NCBI GenBank assembly: GCA_951406725.2
Contig: OX597817.1
Location: 109,430,001 to 109,494,000 of the forward strand
DNA: 64,000 bases
From: Octopus vulgaris
Taxonomy: Eukaryota
Direction of reading: 5' to 3'
In this document: positions 1-12,815 of the stretch, in pieces
Position numbering within the stretch: the first letter of the stretch is position 1
How the letters are laid out: every line of letters begins with the position of its first letter
Position numbers and translations under genes: made by a program
Notes under the pieces: model-generated
The model's input: only the letters and a program-made list of their open reading frames with translations
Told to the model about the DNA's origin: nothing
Databases searched by the model: none

Positions 1-141
1 AGTAACCATCTGGCAACATGTAGCCGGAAAATATTTCTAATATTTCCATTTCATAAACTATACAATCCGAATGAAATCGTGAGAAAACTGAGTGAAAAGA
101 AATTTATTAATGAATTCAAACCCAAGCTTAACAAACTATGA
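1..141 (+). mobile_element. Penelope-like element, C-terminal end of GIY-YIG endonuclease (runs off window start)
   Basis: Frame 1 reads SNHLATCSRKIFLIFPFHKLYNPNEIVRKLSEKKFINEFKPKLNKL*. This matches the PLE GIY-YIG C-terminus pattern H..C...F.I.PF.K...R...E..FI..FKP.LN. An HHR follows at 373-415. Confidence 0.75.
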
Positions 142-372
142 TAAAAAAATAATCTTATTAAAGGTTTAAAAGTCTTATCGTCATATCTAAAAATTAAAAT
201 CTCTAAAAAGTACTGCCGTCATCATTTCTAAAAATAAACACTGAAAAATGGTGTGGCATCATTCCTGAAAATAGCCAACAACTACTACTTCTAACCACAG
301 GAATGTATATAAAGAACAAAGTTAACCAGTCAACCACAGTTGAAACCAATGAACACAACTGTCACCACCATA

Positions 373-415
373 TGAACCTGAAGATTGCATAAGTGCCAGA
401 AAGTATACTAGTTCA
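373..415 (+). ncRNA. Minimal type-I hammerhead ribozyme (PLE pLTR)
   Basis: tgaac|CTGAAGA|ttgca-taag-tgcca|GAAA|gtatac|TA|gttca. Stem I is 5 bp and perfect, the core is canonical, stem II is 4/5 bp, stem III is palindromic, and the predicted cleavage triplet is CUA (after 410). Confidence 0.8.
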
Positions 416-608
416 ATAAGAATGGACATTTAATATTGCATTTGTTCAATAAGAATAGACTATTAATACTTAATTTCATTTCTTTTTACTATATTATTTC
501 ATATCTTATATTAATATTATAAGATTATAAATAAAACGTGAAAAACAGACAGGGTTGGAATTCCTTTGAGTGATATATTCTTCTAAACATAATCATACAA
601 ATCCCTTT

Positions 609-656
<48 letters not shown>

Positions 657-665
657 TATACATAT

Positions 666-1234
<569 letters not shown>

Positions 1235-1349
1235 TATATATATATAATTAAAAAAATAACGGAGGAAAAAAGACAACAAAAAAACAACGCCAGGTGGTGG
1301 TACATGCAAAGGATTAATATGATGCTCAGAGAAGGAAAGAAAGAGTGGC

Positions 1350-1386
1350 TGTTTTACTTTTCGAGCAAAACTCTTCTTCGGAAGCA
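1350..1386 (-). ncRNA. Minimal hammerhead-like motif, U4C core, within a PLE pLTR-like fragment (about 1247-1445)
   Basis: Minus strand reads tgctt|CCGAAGA|a-gagt-ttt-gctc|GAAA|ag|TA|aaaca. Stem I pairs 4/5 and stem II is 4 bp. Stem III appears mutated. Confidence 0.5.
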
Positions 1387-1446
1387 GGAGGCATAGAAAA
1401 GTTCAAAAGAAAAGGAGGTAGGAAGAAAAAAATGGAGGAAGAAGAA

Positions 1447-1486
<40 letters not shown>

Positions 1487-1949
1487 ATGTATCCGTATAT
1501 ATCTATATATTTACATAAGAGCTTGCATATTGAGCTATTATGTACTCTCAGTGATTACATTACTCAGAAGAGCTAAGATCAAACGCCGATGTCCAGGAAC
1601 TGTAATTGACTGTTTATCAGGCAGTTAATTATCCAGAATTTCTTTTCTGGCTTCTCGTTGTGTTCATGCAATATATATTTATCGCTGTTGTTATTATTTT
1701 TCCTTGTGTCACCACTTCTAAAGGAAACTTCTGTTCTTGTTACCTTCATGACAATACCCTCCTTATCCTAAGCTCTACGCGCATATTACCACGACTGTAG
1801 TTTGAAATTTGAGCAACTGCATAGAAGCTTCCTTGGGTAGACGTGTTTGCTCAGCATTTGTGAAAATTGATAACATTTATAATAGTTAGTTTTTTGACAC
1901 GTTTTGGTAGTTATATGATAGTTTGGGAAAATGACAGTAATTTGGTCAA

Positions 1950-2680
1950 AAGGACACTGTGTTCTTATGCTGTCGCTATTTCGTGCATCAGTGAAGTTCC
2001 TCGGTATCTCCTATATACAGATTGAATGTCATACCGCTAGCTGAAGTTTGTTAAGCTCTGTGAATGATTATAGATTTCATCTGACTAAGCACGAATCCAA
2101 ATTTTAATGAACAAGCAATGTTGAGAGCCCGGATTATAAATGAAATAGGAACATAAAAAGTCTTTAAAATGGTAGGTGATTGCGTTAAGCTGTATATTAC
2201 TCGTGTTTATTTCATCGACAATGACATTTGGAATCCAGCGACGATCACTTGTGCCATGTGAACTAATAATATACAGAGCAGAAATCAAATACTGTAAAGG
2301 TTTTAAATGCTACTTCTATCAATCTGTAGCCTTACAGCGTATGAAACAATAGAAAAATACTTATAATTAGATACATGGGAGAGAACCTTTCTATCATCGC
2401 GTGTGAAAACATTATATTGATGGAATTCATTGCGTCTTAATTCTGTTTTCAGGAGTCTAACTATCAGCTTCGAAATTCCTTGCATAGCAGAAATGTAATT
2501 ACTTTAATGATTTCCAACCGCAGTTGGTCTGAACAATTATTATGAAGCTATCAATCTCTTATATGCATCAGCAAAAATAATTGAAATGAAGGGGCATCAA
2601 CTCACAATATAGACAGACTGCCTCGTGGAGTTCAGCACCAGCCACATCTCCATTAAATAATGCTTTTTCTGAGATTGGTA
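1950..2680 (+). pseudogene. Decayed Penelope-type reverse transcriptase
   Basis: Ordered degenerate RT motifs: LLYTD (about 2007, cf. SLYTN), TFGIQ..LVP..LIIY..EIKY (about 2225), KHYIDGIHCV (2407-2436, cf. RYIDDIF), YFNDFQPQL (about 2500, cf. LN.FHP.I) and TDCLVEFSTSH. Stops and frameshifts are present. Confidence 0.55.
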
Positions 2681-3003
2681 TGATACACACACACACACAC
2701 ACACATATTAATTTCCGATTGGACGATTTGAGAGTCGATACACACCATGAGATTGTTAACTGTATGAAATAAATAGCTGATGTAAAATAGCTTAATACGA
2801 AAATTGAAAATGACGGGTAGTTTTAACGTCAAGGGGGAAGTACGTCTCCTATCAGCGTCTCATAACACATGTTGCATATAAACACGTATAGATATATAAT
2901 ACATACATACATACATACACACGTATTCTCACGCATGCATGTATATATACACACGTATGCTATATATATATATATATAAATACACATACGTATACATATA
3001 CAT

Positions 3004-3073
<70 letters not shown>

Positions 3074-3209
3074 TTGCTTACCAACCACATGGTCCCGGGT
3101 TCAGTCTCACTGCGTGGCACCTTGGGCAAGTATCTTCTACTATAGCCTTGGGCCGAGCAAAGCCTTGTGAGTGGATTTGATAGACGGAAATTGAAAGAAT
3201 CCCGTCGTA

Positions 3210-3299
<90 letters not shown>

Positions 3300-3513
3300 T
3301 GTGTGTGTGTGTGTGTGTTTGTCGCCCCAACATAACTCAACAACTGATGGTAGTGTGTTTATGTCCCCGTAACTTAGCTGTTCGGCAAAAGAGACCGATA
3401 GAATAAGTATTAGGCTTACTAAGAATAAGTCCTGGGGTCGATTTGCTCGACACAAGGCGATGCTCCAGCATGGCTACAATCAGATGAGTGAAACAAGTAA
3501 AAGAGTAAAAGAG
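3074..3513 (+). mobile_element. SINE family A, 5'-truncated
   Basis: Matches family A from TTGCTTACCAACCACATGG to the AAACAAGTAAAAGAGTAAAAGA tail, with internal (TA)n(TG)n. Confidence 0.9.
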
Positions 3514-4281
3514 AATATACATATATATATATATATATATAGATGTGTGTTATATATATATATATATATATATACATATACCTCTGTGTGTTTGTGTAGG
3601 CGTGAGTGTGTATGTGTACACACACACGCCTACACAAACATGGAGCTTCACATTAAATCATAAATTTAGCAAATCCTTTGTTATGAATTTTGAGGGTTCT
3701 TCCTTGTCTTCCTAAACTGCTATCTTCGTTCCTTTTCACAACTAAAAATGAATTTTTTTTTTCGACGTATTTTACAGTTGTTCATTTTCCTAATTCTCTG
3801 CAGTTGATATTACTGTTAAGCGTGCCAGAATGTATATATCATCTCCCACTTTTAGTGGTGTTAACCGCAACATTTTATTGTATTTATAATTGTCATTATG
3901 TAAAGAAAGGAATCAGTTTCTCAGTCTACAATATACGTTAGCTCGTCAAATGTAAGGGAGGCAACTCTGTTCCACTGCCTTCAGGGTATTTCACATGTAA
4001 GATTCGTGATAAGCCAGATTATTGGAGTGAACAGTGTTTTATTTGAATATTTAATGTCACACAAGCCGATTTTAAGTAATAGCATAGGTTATCGTCCTTG
4101 AACTTGCTTCATAATAAAACTACTATTGAATCAAAAATATTTCGTGATAAATCAATCCAAAATTATGTGGAAATAGCAGTAACATTTAATCTCTTCCCAG
4201 TGAAAAATAGAATTAGCCTCTTCTCACTCTTTTTAAAATAGATTATTAAAATTCCTTTCCATTTTGAAATTGTGCTTAGTT

Positions 4282-4440
4282 ACACACACACACACACACA
4301 CACTCACACACACACACATACACACACTCACACACATACACATACATACAGTCACACACACACACTCACACACACTCACACACACACATACACACACTCA
4401 GACACACACACACATACACATACACACATACACACACTCA

Positions 4441-4511
<71 letters not shown>
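4282..4511. repeat. Imperfect (CA)n microsatellite
   Basis: Directly visible. It is the source of the THTH ORFs. Confidence 0.95.
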
Positions 4512-4513
<2 letters not shown>

Positions 4514-4829
4514 ATTCATTTATATTTGTGTGCTGACAAAGATCTCTAATTTTCTTTATCATTGTTGGCAGTACTGTTGCCGTTAGCATTGTTTATAGTT
4601 TTGAAAAAAAAAAAACTGCCTCTTTAAATGTCTTGCTTATAAACATTCTCTTTCCCAAATATTCGAAAATTGCCAACCTTGTATTGATATTTTCTCTCTA
4701 TCTCAAAGCATTGTGATACAGCACTACACTAATATGCGTCTCCATAGTTTCTTTTAATTTAGCATACATTTCCAAAATCTACAGACCCCTATAGATTGTC
4801 ATTTAAACATATACTATTCAGTATGTATG

Positions 4830-4860
<31 letters not shown>

Positions 4861-4862
4861 TC

Positions 4863-4927
<65 letters not shown>

Positions 4928-4952
4928 CATACATACATATATACATACATAC

Positions 4953-4984
<32 letters not shown>

Positions 4985-5033
4985 ATATGTATGTATGTAT
5001 ATATGTATATATATATTATGTATGTATATATAT

Positions 5034-5310
5034 ATTCTTTTGTTCCCGTCGTTAGACTGCGACCATGCTGGGGCACCGCCTTGAATTTTTAGTCAAACGA
5101 ATCGACACCAGAACTTATATATATTTTTTCAAGCCTGGTACTTATTCTGTGGGCCGAACCGCTAAGTCATGGGAACGCTAACATACCAGCACAAGACTTT
5201 GATCGGCCCGAGTCTATAGTAGAAGACACTTGCCAAAGGTGCTAAGGAGTGGGACTCAACTCGGAAACATGTGGTCGGGAAGCAAGCTTCTTACCACACA
5301 GCCATACCAG
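5034..5310 (-). mobile_element. SINE family A, diverged, internally deleted
   Basis: CCATGCTGGGGCACCGCC...AGTAGAAGACACTTGCC...TTACCACACAGCCA, the reverse complement of family A. Confidence 0.8.
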
Positions 5311-5312
5311 CA

Positions 5313-5356
<44 letters not shown>

Positions 5357-5682
5357 ATGTATGTATGTATATATACAGAGAGAGAGAGAGAGTGAGAGAG
5401 ATAAAACAAAAATTTAATTGTAAATCACAGCATATGTTATTATTTAAGATTAGTCTTTAGAATAACTTGGTATAGGATGATTCTTCAGCGGCAGTTGTGT
5501 GTATTGGTTCTTGTGGGATCGAATGCGATCGAGCGTTGCCTGAATACTTTGAGTTTTCTCACAGAACTATTAATCTTATACAATATGGGAGTTCCTCATA
5601 TTTATCCAGCATTGGAAAATACCCTACTATAAGATGGTATATGGTAGCCAATAATGGTATAGGAGAGTTTAGGATGTCTTAC

Positions 5683-5727
<45 letters not shown>

Positions 5728-5746
5728 CACGCACACAAACACAATT

Positions 5747-5836
<90 letters not shown>

Positions 5837-5870
5837 ATACATGTATACATACAGACACACATATATACAA

Positions 5871-6345
5871 GGCGTAGGAGTGGCTGTGTGGTAAGTAGCT
5901 TACTTACGAACCATATGGGCAAGTGAACTCACAACGTAACGACAGACGAAATACGGCTACGCATTACGCCCGGCGTGCTAATGTTTCTGCCAGCTTGGGC
6001 AAGTGTCTTCTACTATAACTTCGGGCCCTCCAAAGCTTTGTGAGTGGATTTGGTAGGCGGAAACTGAAAGAAGCCCGTCGTATATATCTCTCTCTCTATA
6101 TATATATATGTATGTATATGTGCGTGCCTATGTTTGTGTGTCTGTGTTTGTCCCCCACCCCAACATTTCTTGACAACTGATGCTGGTTGCTTACGTTCCC
6201 GTAAACTAGCGATTCGGCAAAAGAGACCGATAGAATAAGTACTAGGCTTACAAAGAATAAGTCCTGGGGTCGATTTGCTCGACTAAAGGCGGTGCTCCAG
6301 CATGGCCACAGTCAAATGACTGAAACAAGTAAAAGAGTAAAAGAG
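5871..6345 (+). mobile_element. SINE family A carrying a 72-bp insertion derived from SINE family B
   Basis: Family A head and tail are intact. 5924-5995 is identical to 9241-9312. Confidence 0.9.
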
Positions 6346-6489
6346 TATATAATAAGACTTTTGACTTTTTCCTATCCTAAAGGTTTTCCGGCGTAATATT
6401 TTATAGCCTTATGTGCTTCGAGGTCCACTGTTCCAAAACGAATTATTTCACGTTCTCTCGAAAGTTTATAAATTCGTTTGAAGTTAACA

Positions 6490-6520
<31 letters not shown>

Positions 6521-8734
6521 TGTATGTATGTATGTATGTATGTATGTATATATGTATATGTGTGTATGTATAAACACATATTTATTATCCGTACTGTTTT
6601 GACTACCAGATTCTATCTGTCAAGTCTTCGGTTAACATATAGGGTTAATTATCTCGTAAGCGATACAGTATAATACAATAGGCAACCTATGATTTCTCCT
6701 AAAATTGCAATAGGCAGATATAGCAACTAAAAGCCACGTCGATCTCGCAGTTTGTTCTATTTAATGAGTTATTACGTGGTGTTTCTCATGAGACTTTCAT
6801 GGCTTTTAAATGGAATTAGCAATGTTAATAAGGTGGAATTGAAGCAATTTCCTAAGGCCTCGTGTAGATACAAATTTAGTGAGTAAAATTAGGTAGATGA
6901 ATATTGTACAGAAGCTCGTTAGATGGATGGTAGTTGTAATTCTGAGGTTCAGTCATATCACAAAGTGTGATGCTGATGTGGTGAATTACTAACCGACTTA
7001 CGAGTTAATTTACTAAATATGGAGTTCAGTCGATTGAACAAATATGGTAAATACTCTTCTTCGAAACTGACTGAGATCCATTTACTTAAAAAGACCACCT
7101 AGTGGTGAGAATATCAGTTATGTAGACCTTACCCTTTTATCTATTTATTTCTTCTCAAAAGTATAAAAAATATTTACACATAACATTGTCATTGAAGGAA
7201 ATGGATGTTGCTCAGTTGAGAATATATAGCACCAGTACCTCAATCAGACAGCTTTACTATTTATATTATATGTAACAGAATAGTTTATTATATTTGATCC
7301 GAAGGGAAATGCCATTTGGAAATAGCACTGTTGGTAAGTTAAATTGGGTCAGTGAATATAGTTTACTTGTATTCCAAGAGGAATTGACACCTGCGTCAGG
7401 TGTGAATTCCTCTGAATTCCTCTTGGATATATTTTGATCATTTCCAAAGTTATTTTCGTTGATGATGAAGCTACGGTTGCTAATTTGAAAGGGATATCGG
7501 GTTTATCTAATAAGAAGAAACTTCTTTCAGAACGGATAAAGTAAGGAATATGAAACTAGCATCATATATTTTCAAAACTCTATGACTCAAGCTTCATGAT
7601 AGATACTAATTTATCCATGGAAGAACGCCAATAGAGAACCATTCTCTTTCATACAATACATCGTACTTTTCAAGGTTAAGGAACTGGATATAAGCGTGTG
7701 TTAACTGCCTTAACTTTTTGGCTGCCGCGTCGTATATCTTGGTGGAAATATGACGATGCACCAATATATAGGAAACGTTCTTTTAGTATAATGTTAGCCG
7801 ATGATCGATAATATTATTTTGCAGCCAGAAAAATAAAAATATTTTCCGTTCATTTTATGCCTTCAGAACATTACTTTCACTATCGTTGTAAGAATTTGCA
7901 AATCTTGCAACATTTATGCATATCTAAGTTTCTTGCACAACATTAATGTATTAGTAGCACAAAAAGAAATTCCACAATTTACGTCAAAACTGATTCACTT
8001 TTACCAAGGCGTAACCTTTCCGCAGCTCGACGATCAGAGGTAATTATTGTTATTAGCAGTAATCAATCCTTTCAAAACTGTTTCCTGTGATGTATCTTTT
8101 TTTTCTTTTTTTTAGATAGAGAGAGAGATGTGAATTTATTTTAATTAAAATTGAAATCAGCTACCTCGAAAATCTTTTGTCAAGTGTAAATTATATATCC
8201 CCAACCATAAATTCATTTTCGAATTACTCTGTTTTGTTATTTATCTGATCATCTAAAGTATAGTACAAGCTGGAAATGCAATCAAATGAGTAGTTTATGA
8301 CTGATGTTACTTCCAGTTGCTTTCACACAATTCTTGTCTTAGATCTAAAGCGTAGAAAATTGAAGTCTTGCATAGTTACAAAATATTGGAAAATTTTGAA
8401 GAAAGAGAAATAAAATTTTTAACATACATACGTGATGTTTCCAATGAGGTTATCGACAAGGCTAGAAATTGAATCGACTGACTCTCAAACATACATTGTA
8501 ACTACCTTGTTTTTCTTTATTCATGTGTAATTTGCCTTTTCAAACATGATAATTCTTTAGTGAAGGAACGGAGAAAATAGCAAGCTCTCTCGTTCATACC
8601 TTCCTTGGAACATTCGTGACAAAGAGGAAGTGAATAGGTTTCAGTTGGAAAATGAAGTTAGGTCGATATGTGTTGTCATGAAATATAGTGTTAATTAATA
8701 CATAACACCACATGTGCAAAAAGAAACCATTTCA

Positions 8735-9319
8735 ATATTCTTTTCTACTCTAGGCACAAGGCCTGAAATTTGGGGGGAGGGGGCCACTCGATTAGATCAA
8801 CCCCAGTACGCAACTGGAACTTAATTTATCAACCCCGAAAGGATGTAAGGGAAAGTCGACCTCGGCGGAATTTGAACTCAGAACGTCAAGAGAGACGAAA
8901 TACCTATTTCGTTACTACCCACAAGGGGCTAAACACAGGGGGGACAAACAAGAACAGACAAACGGATTAAGTCGATTACATCGACCCCAGTGCGTAACTG
9001 GTACTTATTTAATCGACCCCGAAAGGATGAAAGGCAAAGTCGACCTCGGCGGAATTTGAACTCAGAACGTAGTGGCAGACGTAATACCTATTTCTTTATT
9101 ACCCACAAGGGGCTAAACATAGAGGGGACAAACAAGGACAGACATAGGTATTAAGTCGATTACATCGACACCAGTGCGTAACTGGTACTTAATTTATCGA
9201 CCGCGAAAGGATGAAAGGCGAAGTCAACCACGGCGGAATTTGAACTCACAACGTAACGACAGACGAAATACGGCTACGCATTACGCCCGGCGTGCTAATG
9301 TTTCTGCCAGCTCGCCGCC
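8735..9319 (-). mobile_element. tRNA-derived SINE family B (Meta-domain-like), tandem trimer
   Basis: Three units with junctions near 8904 and 9088, each with GAGTTCAAATTCC (B-box-like) and GCCTTTCATCCTTTCGGGGTCGATAAATTAAGTACCAG. There is a single head GGCGGCGAGCTGGCAG at 9319. Confidence 0.9.
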
Positions 9320-9499
9320 TTGTTACTCTAAATATATTATACGTCGCCTCCTTTCCATATTGATACTCATTCATTCCAACATGGTGAGTTTAATAAATAT
9401 AGCAAATAACCTATCATTCTAGAATTCATTTAATTATAACATTCATCCCCCAGTGTACAATTTTTTTATCACAATTTTTTTATCGAAATATCTTGGTAA

Positions 9500-9710
9500 G
9501 CCGGTGAGCCGGCAGAATCGTTAGCAAGGCGAACAAAAAGGGTTAGCGGCATTCATCTATCTATACGTTCTGAGTTCAAATTCCGCCAAGGCTGACTTGG
9601 CATCTTATATGTTATGGAAGTACCGGACAAGCACTGGGGTGCTGATTATAATCACCTAGCCCTCCTTCCACCAAAATTTCAAGGCTTGTACTTATAGTGG
9701 AAAGGATTTT
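9500..9710 (+). mobile_element. SINE family B, diverged
   Basis: GAGCCGGCAGAATCGTTAGC...TCTGAGTTCAAATTCCGCC...CACTGGGGT. Confidence 0.8.
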
Positions 9711-9739
9711 ACGAGTCATTTGGGATAAACATTCACTAG

Positions 9740-10380
9740 GTTACGAGATATTCCAGATTTTCTCTATATATGTGTACTGAAAAAAACAAGCAAACTAAAC
9801 AGTTACCCGTCATACAGTTCTTGGCAACCCAGGGATTTATACACAAAAACAGGACTAATATAAACCTTAGTACTAATATTGGGTCACCGAAAAGGCAAAA
9901 CAAAAACCTTGAAAGATAGGTAAAGGGCACTTGTTCAGGCGGCAGCCATGTATCAAGTAGCACAATTTTACTATCCTTAAAACCAGAGACATTCAGGAGA
10001 CAGGTATAAATCCTAAAAGACATGGTTCTCTTCAATAACATTCCAATACTAAATGTTAGACTAATAAATCTCTATATTTCCATAGCATTTCTTTCTTTCT
10101 TTATTCAGATGAATTACTACATACCAAACTAAAATTTTAACTATAAAAGTATCAAACTCTCTAAAAGATTTTTTTAGCTATATATGAAATATGGCAATAC
10201 TGGAATATTGATTTACGTTGTATTATAATCTTTCAAAGTGTATGTACTTGTTTAGATAAAAAGGTCTGGGCCCCTGTGTACTAATACAAGCAACTAATTA
10301 CAGATTCCGATCTACAAGACCATACTCGGACTGTATGATCTACTGAAACATGCTTAATAAATCGCCAAACCATTCTACAA
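9740..10380 (+). mobile_element. Possible decayed LINE 3' end
   Basis: Weak translated fragments GNPGI, KDMVLFNNIP and LDK...IPD resemble a LINE RT C-terminus. Many stops. Confidence 0.3.
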
Positions 10381-10453
10381 TATGTTTGTCACAATCCTTT
10401 TAGGCACTTATATGTGCTTATCTGGGTGTGCTTGTGCGTGTTTTTCTGACTTC

Positions 10454-10496
<43 letters not shown>

Positions 10497-10515
10497 GACA
10501 CACGTATATATATAT

Positions 10516-10577
<62 letters not shown>

Positions 10578-11264
10578 ATATTTATATATATATACATATA
10601 TATATATACATATATACATATGCATATACATACATACATACATACATACATACATACATACATACATACATACATACATACATACATACAAAATCACACA
10701 ACACAAACACAAGCACACATACATATAATTTAAAAATTGTAGTCAGTTAATACTGTACAAAATATGAGACAATATTTTGACTCTAGTAATATCGTACATT
10801 GAGAAATTTCAAATATATATAAGTGAGCTTATATAATTTACTTCTATACGTTTAGTTGTTTTGTGTTGACTAGGATGCATTAGCAACAGATATTTTAGCG
10901 TTCATGATTGAAATTTCTTCGCTGTTAAAATTTCAAGATTTTTATCTGCGTTTAAGAATTGAAAACCTTTAACTACGAGATTTTTTGTTTTTGTTTTTGT
11001 TTTGTTATTAATCAAATAATACCTGATGTCATTTAATTAACAACTTCAATGTTTGTGTGGTAACAGTCTCGATAATAATTTAAGGTGAGTGATAGTAAAG
11101 CGGACAGGTCTTCCATCAATGTCAAAGTTGATCAACATTTGCTGGGTATAGGTAGAATCGACGACAAAACTATACTCAATAGCACTAAATATACAAAAAC
11201 AAAAGACTAGTATTACAGTGTGGAGACTACAGCTAAACATACTTAGGATATGGGGCTTATCATA

Positions 11265-11626
11265 TAAATATATCGGTGTTACGTTTCAAATCCCCACGCA
11301 ATAGGTGAAAATCCGCCAAGTAGAAACAATACTGTACTGTATACTTTTTTAATTATTTTTGTATATTTAAGCTTTTATAAGCTCCCCACACACTCTTAAG
11401 AGTGCTCGTTTCTTCAAAGTTTTGCGGGTGAGGAACATAGTAATAGGCGCTGCTTTTTCTTTTGCGTAAGAAGTTTTTTATAAACTTCCATGGTTCCGTC
11501 GATTGCATTTCTAAACTGCAACGCACGAATTGTCTGGGGGTCCCAAGCTTCCCCCATTCTCTGAAGTTCTTTAGCCGTTTTTGCTAGAGTTGAGAGATGT
11601 TCTAGTGATAGGCTGACCTCTACTTC

Positions 11627-11659
<33 letters not shown>

Positions 11660-12225
11660 TTCTTCTTCTTCTTCTTCTTCTTCTTCTTCTTCTTCTTCTT
11701 CTTCTTCTTCTTCTTCTTCTTCTTCTTCTTCTTCTTCTTCTTCTTCTTCTTCTTCTTCTTGATCCTCTTCTTCTTCTTTCTCACTTGCTGACTTCGTCAT
11801 CTCCGTCAGATTTTCATCCGTTAACAGATTTGAATGGGCCGCGATCAGGTTATTAACGTCCTCGGTAATCATATCGGTGAAGCCATCTCCACTTAGTAAT
11901 TTTGCCTGCTTCACTGCCTTATCTACTACAATGTGAAAGTGGTGGAGTTTGTCAGGAGAGAATCCTTTAGAGTCGTGGACCACTTTTGGCTACAATTTCT
12001 TCCACATCGCGTTCAAAGTTTCGATCTTCATCTCCTTTATGGCATTCTGAATAATTTGGAGATACGTTGCAATGGTGTACCCACGCCAGTACTCCTTTAG
12101 CGAGAAGTTATCGTCCGAGTCCATAACCTCAACCAGATGTTGCAGAAAGTTTCGCGTATAGAGCGCCTTAAAAGAACGAATGCCTTGATCCATGGGCTGG
12201 ATTAGGGATGTGTTCGGCGGTAAGA
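11265..12225 (-). mobile_element. Tigger/pogo (DDE_1, TIGD1-like) transposon fragment, N-terminus missing
   Basis: LLPPNTSLIQPMDQGIRSFKALY...LKEYWRGYTI...LNAMWKKL*PKVVHD. ORFs 11990-12193 and 11414-11983 are one frame broken by a TAG. A subterminal sequence GTGTTACGTTTCAAATCCCCACGCAATAGGTGAAAATCCG lies near 11276-11315. Confidence 0.85.
11625..11780. repeat. (TCA)n(TCT)n trinucleotide tract encoding poly-Glu/poly-Asp inside the Tigger ORF
   Basis: Directly visible and in frame with the transposase. Confidence 0.95.
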
Positions 12226-12438
12226 GCTGGCAGAATCGTTAGCACCCTGGACGAAATGCTTAAAGCTATTTCACCCGTCGCTACGTTCTGAGTTCTAATT
12301 CACCCGAGGTTAACTTTGCCTAATATCCTTTCAAGGTTGATAAAATAAGTACCAGTTGGACACTGGGGTCGATGTAATCGACTCATCCCCATCCACCCCA
12401 ATGCTGCCCTTGCGGCAAAAATTTGAAATAATTATTAG
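12224..12438 (+). mobile_element. SINE family B at the break of the Tigger element
   Basis: GAGCTGGCAGAATCGTTAGC...GATAAAATAAGTACCAG...CACTGGGGTCGATGTAATCGAC. Confidence 0.85.
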
Positions 12439-12440
12439 CG

Positions 12441-12815
12441 TCATTTTGTGTTCTGTTTTATGAGATTGTTTATTATACGGTCGTCCATTCTATATGTATT
12501 ATGTATTTCCTTCATATAATACACATTTTGTGTAGATTTTGTATTTTTAGTAGAGGAAACATCTAATTTATTTGTAACACTATATTTCAGTATATATTCA
12601 TCAGTCGTTTGCTCTTTTTGTCTGTTTGAATATAAGTTATTACTTAGAGTCTCTTTTACTTTGTAGATTTCTATGTTTAGATTTTCATTTGTGGAAGAGG
12701 AACTTATGTTTCTTCTAAGTAATGATTTTACAACTGACATAATGTAGCTGTGCGAGCACTCTCCATTTCTTTGTGGATATACTCAATATTTGCTTCTTTG
12801 GTGTTTACCGATGTA
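12441..12815 (-). pseudogene. Penelope-type RT thumb/linker fragment
   Basis: TSVNTK...NGECSHSYIMSVVKSLLRRNISSSST..LNIEIYKVKETLSNNLYS resembles the PLE pattern SECP..YK.SV+KSL+RRA...S....E+..+K..L..N.YP. Confidence 0.65.

Noticed and set aside
6850-7290. Possible very old PLE RT (LLKKTT..ENISYVDLTL, cf. S+LDL)
   Set aside because: There is only one weak motif and no recognisable YxDD, so it cannot be supported without a search.
11414-11983. 189-aa acidic host protein
   Set aside because: It is the C-terminal part of a broken Tigger transposase with a trinucleotide expansion.
12575-12610. CTGATGA...GAAA on the minus strand; similar boxes at 17628, 17957, 43530 and 55515
   Set aside because: They lack pairing stems I/II or a correctly placed GAAA-UH, so they were treated as chance matches.
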